Positions 55,791 through 64,000 of a stretch of 64,000 bases of DNA are shown in pieces. Location of the stretch: positions 33,073 to 97,072 of IMG/VR virus record IMGVR_UViG_3300003086_000114; one strand, written 5' to 3'. Below the pieces are notes generated by a model. That model saw nothing but the letters and a program-made list of their open reading frames with translations. It was not told where the DNA came from and made no database searches. The first letter of the stretch is position 1; every line of letters starts with the position of its first letter. The translations under genes and the position numbers were made by a program. Origin of the DNA: a virus (Duplodnaviria > Caudoviricetes).

Positions 55791-56885
55791 ATGAGAGAAG
55801 GTAATTACATTTTTACCAGCGAGAGCGTTGGTAGAGGGCATCCAGATAAAGTAGCAGATCAAATTAGTGATGCATTTGTAGATGCAGGTCTCAAAAGTGG
55901 CGACAAATCAACACGGGTAGCTGTTGAAACGCTAGTAACTACCAATTGTGTAATATTAGCAGGCGAAGTAAAGAACTTTAATGTAAGTAATACTGATATC
56001 ATTGATATCGTACGCGATGTGATTAAAGATATCGGTTATGAACAAGACGGGTTTCATTGGAAAACCGTAGTAATTAATAATAAAATACACTCTCAATCAA
56101 GTGATATAGCGTTAGGAACTGATAACTTCGGTGCTGGTGATCAAGGTATTATGTTTGGCTACGCATGTGATGATACTCCAAGTCTAATGCCAGCACCAAT
56201 ACACTATTCACATGAGATATTAAAGCACTTAGATGTACTAAGATCAGACAATAAAGATATACTAAGACCTGATTGCAAAAGCCAAGTATCTATACAATAC
56301 AGAAACGGTAAACCAGATTATGCCACAACAGTAGTGCTAAGTACACAACATGCTAGCGGCAGACAAGAAGAAGCAAAAGGATTAGCACTACATACCATAA
56401 TCAACGAGTTAGGAGACTTATACAAACCAGGTCTTACAAAGTTGCATTTAAACCCAACTGGTAGCTTTGTTATTGGCGGACCTGATGGCGATACTGGTTT
56501 AACAGGTAGAAAGATCATAGTTGATACATATGGTGGCTCTGCGCCGCATGGTGGTGGTGCATTTAGTGGTAAAGACCCTACTAAAGTAGATCGTTCTGCG
56601 GCTTACATGGCTAGATGGTTAGCGAAGAATGCAGTAGGTAAAGGCTTTGCTAATTGGTGCAATGTGCAATTATCGTATGCGATCGGCATAGAAGAGCCTA
56701 CATCGGTATACGTTGATAGCAACGGCAACAATCAAGAAATACAAGATTGGATTAAAACGATAGACTTAACACCATATGGCATTATTAAGCGTTTTGATCT
56801 GTTTAACTTTACAAACTATAGTAAGCAATGTACATACGGACATTTTGGCAGTAACAACGTACCATGGGAATCAATAGATGTTTAA
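55791..56885 (+). CDS. metK: S-adenosylmethionine synthetase
   Basis: FTSESV..GHPDK, GAGDQG, GLTGRKIIVDTYGG and GGGAFSGKDPTKVDRSAAY. Confidence 0.97.
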   Translation: MREGNYIFTSESVGRGHPDKVADQISDAFVDAGLKSGDKSTRVAVETLVTTNCVILAGEVKNFNVSNTDIIDIVRDVIKDIGYEQDGFHWKTVVINNKIHSQSSDIALGTDNFGAGDQGIMFGYACDDTPSLMPAPIHYSHEILKHLDVLRSDNKDILRPDCKSQVSIQYRNGKPDYATTVVLSTQHASGRQEEAKGLALHTIINELGDLYKPGLTKLHLNPTGSFVIGGPDGDTGLTGRKIIVDTYGGSAPHGGGAFSGKDPTKVDRSAAYMARWLAKNAVGKGFANWCNVQLSYAIGIEEPTSVYVDSNGNNQEIQDWIKTIDLTPYGIIKRFDLFNFTNYSKQCTYGHFGSNNVPWESIDV

Positions 56886-57174
56886 TCCATTTAAGAAAAA
56901 GCCAACACCTGAGAAGAAGGCACCGAAGAAGTCTGAAAAACAAATAGCTAATGAAGCAGGTGAGCCATGGGTTAGTGTACTAGGTATGGAAGTCGACCCT
57001 AAGCAGTTAGATAACGGAGCATTTGAGTTAGATTGGAATGACATCTTTATTGCTAGATTAGTTAAAGCAGGTTACCAAGGAAAAACAGATTCAGACCTAG
57101 TAGACCAATGGTTCCAGAACGTTTGTAGAAACGTAGTAATGGAAACCTACGAGCAGGACCAAGCAATTAAATAA
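56878..57174 (+). CDS. Hypothetical phage protein
   Basis: ORF track; EPWV...FELDWN motif. Confidence 0.65.
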   Translation: MFNPFKKKPTPEKKAPKKSEKQIANEAGEPWVSVLGMEVDPKQLDNGAFELDWNDIFIARLVKAGYQGKTDSDLVDQWFQNVCRNVVMETYEQDQAIK

Positions 57175-57181
57175 GTAAAAC

Positions 57182-57847
57182 ATGATATTGTATGATAATA
57201 GTGATAGCCATACTAAGGGTGCTGAGTTAAACAACAACGATAAGAGCTTTGTGACCTTAGTTGCTGAGCATTTTAACTTACAAGAAATTAACCAAGCAAA
57301 AGGTGGTGGCAGTAATCATCGTGTTGTACGTACTACTAAAAAATGGATAGAAAATAATAAAAATTATTTTGTTCTTATAGGGTGGAGTACTTGGGAAAGA
57401 GAGGAATGGCTAATCGACGAGACATATTATCAGATTAATGCTAGCGGGACCGTTTCTATTCCAGACTCGCATAAACAAAGATATAAAGAATACATTTCTA
57501 ACCAATCCTACCAAACGATGTTAACTAAAGGAACACAATGGAATGAGATCATATGGAAGTTTCATAACGAGTTAAATCAGAATAATGTAAAACATCTATT
57601 TTTTAATACCTTTTTACCGTGCATTTACAGTGACGCAGGCCGTGCTAGAGTTCGGGATAGAAAGTATATTAATGATTGGGGAGTCGAATATATTAGCCCG
57701 TATGATAGCAACCTGACTTATCACCAATATCTAATCAATGCAGGATACCGACATATTAGTGACCGCAATTATCATTATGCCCAAGACGGTCATCAAGAGT
57801 GGGCTAACTTTTTAATTAATCATATAGAAGAGCATAATCTATTATGA
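57182..57847 (+). CDS. SGNH-like protein (paralogue A)
   Basis: NSDSHT, GGSN, GWSTWEREEW and HY..DGH. Confidence 0.65.
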   Translation: MILYDNSDSHTKGAELNNNDKSFVTLVAEHFNLQEINQAKGGGSNHRVVRTTKKWIENNKNYFVLIGWSTWEREEWLIDETYYQINASGTVSIPDSHKQRYKEYISNQSYQTMLTKGTQWNEIIWKFHNELNQNNVKHLFFNTFLPCIYSDAGRARVRDRKYINDWGVEYISPYDSNLTYHQYLINAGYRHISDRNYHYAQDGHQEWANFLINHIEEHNLL

Positions 57848-58536
57848 TGTTATATGTTAATGGGGACAGCCATACTGCGGCCGCAGAAGCAGTTAATCCG
57901 CATGCATTCTGCGAAGATGATCAAAAATATAAACACTTAGGAAGACTACCCCATCCTGATAATTTATTAGTTTCGTGGGGTAAGCAATTAGCAGGATTAA
58001 CTAAAATGACTTTCTTCTGCGATGCTGAAAGTGCCGCTAGCAACGACAGGATTGTTAGAACTACTAAACAATGGATTGAAAATTATCCCGGAAAACCTGA
58101 TAATTTATTTGTTATAATTGGATGGAGTACATGGGAGAGAGAAGAATGGCTAATCGATGATATCTACTATCAAGTTAACGCTAGTGGTATAGATTATGTA
58201 CCAGAATCTCATATTATTAAATATAAGCAATATATCGCTAGCGTAGACTGGAATCAAAAAACAATAGATTGGCATTATAAAATACATGCATTGCATGATT
58301 GGTTAGACGAGAACGGTGTGAAACATATTTTCTTTAACTGTAACAATAATTTTAGCGAGATACAAGACCGGGAAGACTGGGGGGATAGTTATATTAGTCC
58401 TTATTCTGATACTTACGATTCTTATCTAAGACAACAAGGACAGATACCATTAAACAGCTATCACTACGATGAACATGGTCATAGTATATGGTCGAAGTTT
58501 TTATTAATGCATATCTTAAAAAATAACTTATTGTGA
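57844..58536 (+). CDS. SGNH-like protein (paralogue B)
   Basis: NGDSHT, AASN, GWSTWEREEW and HY..HGH. Confidence 0.65.
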   Translation: MMLYVNGDSHTAAAEAVNPHAFCEDDQKYKHLGRLPHPDNLLVSWGKQLAGLTKMTFFCDAESAASNDRIVRTTKQWIENYPGKPDNLFVIIGWSTWEREEWLIDDIYYQVNASGIDYVPESHIIKYKQYIASVDWNQKTIDWHYKIHALHDWLDENGVKHIFFNCNNNFSEIQDREDWGDSYISPYSDTYDSYLRQQGQIPLNSYHYDEHGHSIWSKFLLMHILKNNLL

Positions 58537-59282
58537 GTGACGGATGGGTCTTATTAGTCGGGGATAGTTGGGGATGCGGCGAAATAGATCGAGATCAAGA
58601 CGGTAGCATTGTTGTTAGCCACAAAGGAGTAGCACACTATTACCAAGGTAATATTATTAATATATCTGTAATAGGTTCAAGCAATTGGGAAATATACTGC
58701 CGTCTCCACTCGTTCTTAATAACAAATACACTTAAGATTAAACAAGTTTTAATAGTGCAATCAGAATATTCTCGAGATATGCGTAAAGATGGTGATGTCT
58801 CATTAGTTAATAAAGAGTGGTATAACACCATCAATAATACCACCAATATAACGGATTTCGAAATTGCAGTTTTAACTAAATTCTACTCGATATTATCTAA
58901 ACTAGCAGTAATACACGATTTACAATTCTATCTAATCGGTGGTGTTGCTGACATGCTATCATATCCCGACTTTAATAATGATTTTCCGAATTTAACTGTT
59001 GTATGCCAAAGCTGGACAAATCTAATCATAACTGGAAATCCTAATATGCAATATGATCGATGCATCTATTCTTGGTATACCAAAAAGGATAGTACACTGA
59101 TAGATGATATTAAAAGTAAATATGGCGATGTAGAAAGTATCTTAAATTGTATCAGCAAAGGAAAAGAAAGGTATAACTTATTAAGAAGTAACCCGGAGTA
59201 TTTTTACCCCGATGGAGTGCATCCTAATCGTAAAGGGCATAAGGTTTTATTTGATTATTTGGAAGATAACCATTATCTCTAA
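58533..59282 (+). CDS. SGNH/GDSL hydrolase family protein
   Basis: LVGDSW, GSSN and DGVHPNRKGH. Confidence 0.75.
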   Translation: MSDGWVLLVGDSWGCGEIDRDQDGSIVVSHKGVAHYYQGNIINISVIGSSNWEIYCRLHSFLITNTLKIKQVLIVQSEYSRDMRKDGDVSLVNKEWYNTINNTTNITDFEIAVLTKFYSILSKLAVIHDLQFYLIGGVADMLSYPDFNNDFPNLTVVCQSWTNLIITGNPNMQYDRCIYSWYTKKDSTLIDDIKSKYGDVESILNCISKGKERYNLLRSNPEYFYPDGVHPNRKGHKVLFDYLEDNHYL

Positions 59283-59306
59283 CCTTAATACCGTTATAAT
59301 AACAGC

Positions 59307-60311
59307 ATGAAAAAGTATATTCTTGTCGACTTCTTAAACCTATTCTTCAGAGCCAGGCATTCTGCGCACAGAGCAAGCGACACATGGTCTAAATTAGGGT
59401 TTAGCTTACATATAATGCTAAGTGCAGTTAATAAAGTACACAGAGTTCACGGAGGCGATCATATAGTCTTTCTCTTAGATGGTAGAAGCTGGCGTAAAGA
59501 CTTTTATGAACCATATAAGAAGAACAGAAAAGAAGCACGCGATGCAAGAACAGAAAAAGAAGCAGAAGAGGACGAACAGTTCTTTGAAGTTTTTAACGAT
59601 TTTGGTAAATACATAGAAGATAAGACAAACTGTACTATTCTTCGTAACAGTGAAGCCGAAGCAGATGATTTAATTGCAAGGTGGATTTCGTTACACCCAG
59701 ATGACGAGCATGTTATCGTTAGTAGTGATTCAGACTTTTACCAGTTAATCACTAATCAAGTTGTGCAATACAACGGCATTACAGATCAATTGATCACCCT
59801 CGAAGGCTTCTTTGACTACAAAAATCAGCCTGTTATCGATAAGAAAACTAAAAGCCCTAAAGAGCTCCCTAACCCTAAATGGCTTTTATTTGAAAAATGT
59901 ATACGAGGTGATTCAGCAGATAACGTGTTTAGTGCGTTTCCTGGAGTCAGGAAAAAGAGTACTAAAAAGCGTATCGGCTTGTTAGAAGCATTTGAAGATA
60001 TGCATACCCAAGGGTATGCATGGAACAATCTTATGCTACAGCACTGGACTGATCATAATGCCGTAGAGCACCTTGTTAAAGACGATTACGAGCGGAATAG
60101 ACATTTGATTGATTTAACTCAACAGCCGGATGACATTAAACAGTCCGTTGACACTACAATCACAGAAGGAGTATCTGCAAACGCTATAAATGGCGTAGGC
60201 ATTCACTTCCTTCGTTTTTGCGGAAAATACGAATTGGTTAACATAGCAAAATACCCCGAGCAATACGGGATCTGGCTAAACAAAACATACCAAGGAGTAC
60301 TACATGATTAA
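59307..60311 (+). CDS. rnh: T4 RNase H-like 5'-3' exonuclease (FEN1/PIN family)
   Basis: ILVD, SWRK, YKKNR, EADDLIA, SSDSDFYQL and GDSADNV. Confidence 0.9.
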   Translation: MKKYILVDFLNLFFRARHSAHRASDTWSKLGFSLHIMLSAVNKVHRVHGGDHIVFLLDGRSWRKDFYEPYKKNRKEARDARTEKEAEEDEQFFEVFNDFGKYIEDKTNCTILRNSEAEADDLIARWISLHPDDEHVIVSSDSDFYQLITNQVVQYNGITDQLITLEGFFDYKNQPVIDKKTKSPKELPNPKWLLFEKCIRGDSADNVFSAFPGVRKKSTKKRIGLLEAFEDMHTQGYAWNNLMLQHWTDHNAVEHLVKDDYERNRHLIDLTQQPDDIKQSVDTTITEGVSANAINGVGIHFLRFCGKYELVNIAKYPEQYGIWLNKTYQGVLHD

Positions 60312-60747
60312 AGCAAAATCGGTTATATCAAATAAATTTTGGATCTTACACGATGAGAACCGTAAAATAGGAGAAGTAAACGCAGTCCAGAGAGGCTATG
60401 CAGTAAACGTCAAAGACAGAGAAACTACTATCTTTAGCACGCTTGCATCTCTCACTGACAAAACAGGTATTAAGTTCTCAGATGAGGCGCCTACTATTAG
60501 CGATACACTACCTAATGATGTACATGGTTACCCGGCCTCAGGCGAAGTACATAATCCAGTATGGAATACAGAACTTGAGTTACCACTATATAATAAAAAA
60601 GAAATAAGCAAGAGTTGGTTTGCCGCTGGGTATTACATTGTAAAGGTTAAAGATGAGTGGAGAACGTTACTTGCACCTAAGTTGATCGTATTAGAGCGTA
60701 ATGACTACCAAGGGCCGTATTACTCTATACCAAGGAAAGACGCATAG
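60304..60747 (+). CDS. Hypothetical phage protein
   Basis: ORF track; AGGAG RBS; overlaps the rnh stop. Confidence 0.65.
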   Translation: MIKAKSVISNKFWILHDENRKIGEVNAVQRGYAVNVKDRETTIFSTLASLTDKTGIKFSDEAPTISDTLPNDVHGYPASGEVHNPVWNTELELPLYNKKEISKSWFAAGYYIVKVKDEWRTLLAPKLIVLERNDYQGPYYSIPRKDA

Positions 60748-60950
60748 TGATCCACATCAATAGGTTTATTGATAAAATTAAGTTTTTCGAAGCTAAACAT
60801 AGCAAAGATTTTATTATACCAATGAAAGATGCTAAAGACTTGCACGGAGATATCACTAAACTATTACTAGCACTACAAGAATATGAGCAACGTGCAAAAC
60901 GTGCAGTTCAAGTACCTACTGACATACAGCTAAACGGAGGAGACTGGTAG
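60747..60950 (+). CDS. Small hypothetical protein
   Basis: GTG start overlapping the upstream stop. Confidence 0.55.
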   Translation: MIHINRFIDKIKFFEAKHSKDFIIPMKDAKDLHGDITKLLLALQEYEQRAKRAVQVPTDIQLNGGDW

Positions 60951-60960
60951 CAAATAAGCA

Positions 60961-60967
60961 ATAAATA
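60961..60967 (+). promoter_or_regulatory. Late-promoter-like ATAAATA
   Basis: Intergenic, followed by AAGGGAG and ATG 60988. Confidence 0.55.
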
Positions 60968-60987
60968 CATAAGGGAGATTATGATTT

Positions 60988-61281
60988 ATGGCACCGAGAC
61001 CAGCACCAGCAGTTTTACTAGAAGTAGTAAATGAGAAAACATACAAACGAGACCAAGTACTAAAGAGTGATGGTATTTGGGCAGTGTACCATGATGGTAG
61101 TCCTATTAATCTTAAGACCCAACATGCACTAACACAATATCCAGGTCCTAAATATAAGAAGGTTTCATTCTCTAATAGTGGACACGCAATAAACCTTGCT
61201 AAAAAACTAAACAAGCAGTTTAATACAAAAAAATTCACAGTAGTGTTCTTACGTCATGGTGACACAGTTTACTCTGAATAA
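60988..61281 (+). CDS. Basic hypothetical phage protein
   Basis: ORF track; PGPKYKKVSFSNSGHA motif. Confidence 0.65.
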   Translation: MAPRPAPAVLLEVVNEKTYKRDQVLKSDGIWAVYHDGSPINLKTQHALTQYPGPKYKKVSFSNSGHAINLAKKLNKQFNTKKFTVVFLRHGDTVYSE

Positions 61282-61639
61282 GAAAGTTATAGTAACGCAA
61301 GAAATGCTAAATGCAGTTCCTGAAAAGCATTACGATTTTAGAACAGCATTGCTTAAATGGTGGATTAATTCTAGACGAAACGGCGGACTACGACTAACAA
61401 GGTCTGGGTTCGGGCTATTAGATAAAATGGACTATAGTAGTTATACATTCCAAGCTACCCATTTAACTACACCTAAAAACTTGTTAACGCTAGATAAAAA
61501 CTTAGAATGTCCGTACTATATAGATGGTATAGGTGGACCTAAATCACAAATCATACTACTAGGCGGCAGAGAAGCAATGATGATTAAGTTATACGGTAAT
61601 TTTAATTCGTACCTTGCAACACTTCAGTTGACTGACTAA
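61256..61639 (+). CDS. Hypothetical phage protein
   Basis: ORF track; WW.N.R..GGLRLT..G motif. Confidence 0.6.
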   Translation: MVTQFTLNKKVIVTQEMLNAVPEKHYDFRTALLKWWINSRRNGGLRLTRSGFGLLDKMDYSSYTFQATHLTTPKNLLTLDKNLECPYYIDGIGGPKSQIILLGGREAMMIKLYGNFNSYLATLQLTD

Positions 61640-62579
61640 GAAAGTTAGATACTAATAAATCTAAATAGCCATTTAGCAGATACTCTTGGTTACGTTTTAA
61701 ACGCGGTAATAATTCCTGGTAATTAAACTTATTGTCCAGTATATGCGAGTTAGAATCAATCGCCGCTTTCCATCTAACTTCGTTAGGCATGTTATCATAA
61801 CTAGTATCAATTATATCGTCAAACGTATCAAACCCATAACGCCTAGCATCAGCAACAGCCCCTTTGTATGCTATTATAATAGGCAATTGCAAACTAGCAA
61901 AAGCTTGTAGCAACTTTTCAGATAGAATACCAGTAGGTTGATAATACAGTGTTTCTGTTACTATGTTAACTGAACACATCTGATATAAATGTGCTAATTC
62001 TATAAAGTTTTTAACATTATCAAAACTATAATCTTCGTATAGCGGTATACCGTAATCATTTGGTTCACTAGATATAGAAACAATAGCGTCTGTATACAAG
62101 TTCTTTAAATAATTGTAGATATCAACTCTATGTCGTCTGAGTCTTCCGTTTAAACACATAAACTTCGATGTATGTGTTTTGTTGTTTACATGTTTCCATT
62201 CACTGTATTGATTCTTAAAGTTTTGTACAAAGTCAAAACTATGTGTTGGGAACTCTACTAGTTTAATTGGACCTTTATACAGATGTTTAAGATTATGATC
62301 CCAGTGTACTACTACAATGTCTATATTTGTATCGTTGTAGAACTCTTCAATTTCTATAAGTTCTGCTACTTTTCCATCTTCATATACAGTTAAGTGATCT
62401 TGAGCGTGTAAAACTATTCCTTTTTGGTCTATAACTTTTGGTAACGCAAGTATCCAACTATGATCAGGTTTAAATCCATGCTGTAATATACTAGGAAAAA
62501 AGTTATACTCAGGAAACGCATTAGGTATTATCGAATTAAACTGTACAATTCCATTGTATTTTTGATACTTATCTAGCAT
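61602..62579 (-). CDS. Glycosyltransferase-like protein (GT10-like ET..SEK family)
   Basis: FMCLNGRLRRHR...NIVTET...LSEKLLQ...YGFDTFDDIIDTSYD. Likely start is 62579, 4 nt downstream of a minus-strand TATAAATA (62584-62591). Confidence 0.6.
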   Translation of the reverse strand: MLDKYQKYNGIVQFNSIIPNAFPEYNFFPSILQHGFKPDHSWILALPKVIDQKGIVLHAQDHLTVYEDGKVAELIEIEEFYNDTNIDIVVVHWDHNLKHLYKGPIKLVEFPTHSFDFVQNFKNQYSEWKHVNNKTHTSKFMCLNGRLRRHRVDIYNYLKNLYTDAIVSISSEPNDYGIPLYEDYSFDNVKNFIELAHLYQMCSVNIVTETLYYQPTGILSEKLLQAFASLQLPIIIAYKGAVADARRYGFDTFDDIIDTSYDNMPNEVRWKAAIDSNSHILDNKFNYQELLPRLKRNQEYLLNGYLDLLVSNFLSQSTEVLQGTN

Positions 62580-62607
62580 CTGATATTTATATACCATTTC
62601 TTAGCTC

Positions 62608-62635
62608 TTGACTTTTAGCCGCATTGCAGTATAAT
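62608..62635 (+). promoter_or_regulatory. sigma70-like promoter
   Basis: TTGACT-N16-TATAAT upstream of the HTH gene array. Confidence 0.65.
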
Positions 62636-62670
62636 AGGCTACTATATAATATAAAAATTAAAGATAAAAA

Positions 62671-63201
62671 ATGTTAATAGAGCCGCGTGTTTCCACAGTA
62701 TATACTGTAGAAGATAAACAATATACTGCTAAAGAATTAGCTAAAATATTAGGATGTACAGATAGTAGTGCTAGAAGCAGGCTAAAAAAGTGCAGAACAT
62801 TAGAAGAGCTACTAAAACCGCCAAGCTATCGCGGTGACCGATCGGTGACTTATATTATCGAAGGCAAGAAATACACTGCAAAATCACTATGTGCAGAAAT
62901 AGGCTGTTCACACTCGTCGGCTCTCCAGCGATTATCTAGATGCACAACACTAGAACAATTATATAAGCCACGTAACCAACAACAAAAATTAATCGAAGGG
63001 CAACACTATACTATACAGCAAGTAGCAGATAAACTAATGTGCAAATATAATACAGCGGCAGCGAGGTTGTTCCAATCTAACACAATAGCAGAATTATTTA
63101 GACCTGTTATTAACCGTAATCAGTTAGTGAGAAACAAGCATAACGAGAAATTATTAAATCCAGAAGATCCTATTTTTAAACTAACATACGGAAAATGGTA
63201 A
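62671..63201 (+). CDS. Protein with three HTH-like repeats (array member 1)
   Basis: Repeated IEG..YT...L...GC....A..RL..C.TLE.L..P; tail LLNPEDPIFKLTYGKW. Confidence 0.7.
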   Translation: MLIEPRVSTVYTVEDKQYTAKELAKILGCTDSSARSRLKKCRTLEELLKPPSYRGDRSVTYIIEGKKYTAKSLCAEIGCSHSSALQRLSRCTTLEQLYKPRNQQQKLIEGQHYTIQQVADKLMCKYNTAAARLFQSNTIAELFRPVINRNQLVRNKHNEKLLNPEDPIFKLTYGKW

Positions 63202-63614
63202 TGTCAGAAGTATTTACAATCGAAGGAAAAGAATTTACTGCTAGACAGTTAGCTAAGATGATAGGAAAGTCTCGACAAACCGCAATGTATAGACTAAGGA
63301 CCTATAAGACTATCGAGGAGTTACTCGGTGCTGAAAATTCTAATTTGAAAACGTACACGATCGAAGGGAAAGGGATTACTGTTCTTGATATAATGAGAGA
63401 AGCAAAGTGCGGAATTAATACAGCGAGATCTAGACTAAGAGAAGGAAGATGCAAAACTCTTAAAGAATTATTTAGACCTTTAGGTGAACCGTTAATCAGT
63501 GATAAGGTTCAAAGGGCTAGAAAAAATCAAACATATAAACGACATCCAGCCAACGCTAAATTATTAAATCCGGAAGATCTTATTTTTAAACTAACATACG
63601 GTAAATGGTCTTAA
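63201..63614 (+). CDS. Protein with two HTH-like repeats (array member 2)
   Basis: TAATG-coupled start; tail LLNPEDLIFKLTYGKWS. Confidence 0.7.
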   Translation: MSEVFTIEGKEFTARQLAKMIGKSRQTAMYRLRTYKTIEELLGAENSNLKTYTIEGKGITVLDIMREAKCGINTARSRLREGRCKTLKELFRPLGEPLISDKVQRARKNQTYKRHPANAKLLNPEDLIFKLTYGKWS

Positions 63615-63616
63615 CT

Positions 63617-64000
63617 ATGAGAGCGCATAATGCAAAAGTATACGAGATCGAAAACGAGACTTACACTATTAAAAAAGTTAAGGCGTTGTTGAGTTGTAGT
63701 GAATCTACAGCAAAAAGACGCTTGTTAAACAGTACTACTACAGATGAACTACTCCGCCCACTAGAAAAACTAGTCTGCAAAGAGTTTATAATCGAAGGAC
63801 AAGTGATTACTTCAGCTATGGTAGTAGATAGGGTAGGCTGTACGCCTAAGACTGCTATATTAAGACTAAACTCTTGTACAACATTAGAAGACGTATATAG
63901 AGCTATGGGCGTACACGTTAACTTTAAATGCAACTCGTACAATAAAAAACTATTAAATCCAGAAGATCTTATTTTTAAACTAACATACGAAAAATGGTAA
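63617..64000 (+). CDS. Protein with two HTH-like repeats (array member 3)
   Basis: Start 63617; tail LLNPEDLIFKLTYEKW; the stop ends at the last base of the window. Confidence 0.7.
   Translation: MRAHNAKVYEIENETYTIKKVKALLSCSESTAKRRLLNSTTTDELLRPLEKLVCKEFIIEGQVITSAMVVDRVGCTPKTAILRLNSCTTLEDVYRAMGVHVNFKCNSYNKKLLNPEDLIFKLTYEKW

Noticed and set aside
753-63942. Most short minus-strand and alternative-frame ORFs in the track (e.g. 1762-2001, 11214-11783, 25835-26335, 33465-33893)
   Set aside because: They are nested in well-supported plus-strand genes and have no RBS or motifs. Only 22782, 43009 and 61602 are accepted on the minus strand.
1-64000. Stop-codon reassignment, as in some large phages
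   Set aside because: Conserved enzymes are full length under the standard code, and TAA, TAG and TGA all end genes at tight junctions.
62671-64000. Homing endonucleases or a diversity-generating retroelement
   Set aside because: No HNH or GIY-YIG motif and no reverse transcriptase in the window, and the repeat differences are not adenine-specific.

Overview
The window is an AT-rich, gene-dense, almost entirely plus-strand segment of a large T4-like (jumbo-type) dsDNA phage genome. It is probably marine; a sulfur-oxidising gammaproteobacterial host is a weak inference from one gene. I saw no tRNA, rRNA, CRISPR array or transposase. All assignments come from motif reading by eye, with no database searches. 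Layout: (1) 0-5 kb holds an SGNH protein, APS kinase, ClpA, small putative virion proteins and a Pol-beta-type nucleotidyltransferase. (2) Two arrays (5.1-16.4 kb and 27.7-30.8 kb) contain at least 16 otherwise diverse proteins that share an N-terminal M-[KR]-x-x-E-[FILV]...[ILV]-x-E leader, resembling the T4 capsid-targeting/prohead-protease sequence. Cargo includes HExxH peptidases, PcfJ-like and KTSC domains, a lytic transglycosylase and brevinin-like amphipathic peptides. (3) A 16.4-22.8 kb insert combines four 2OG-Fe(II)-type oxygenases, TctC, TctA and a PP-loop enzyme, with structured leaders. (4) A replication block (DsbA-like protein, family-B polymerase, methyltransferase, clamp) runs directly into a 7-deazaguanine DNA-modification cluster: DpdA, an unknown protein, a DpdL/QueD-like protein, a GT4 glycosyltransferase, an aminotransferase, FolE, an oxygenase and a PRTase, then QueE and MetK. 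No QueC or canonical QueD was seen. (5) A sigma70-driven accessory island (43-54 kb) carries a possible sulfur-globule-like protein, a lipoprotein subtilisin autotransporter and a voltage-gated cation channel. (6) The end holds SGNH and GT10-like paralogues, RNase H and a tandem HTH-repeat gene array.
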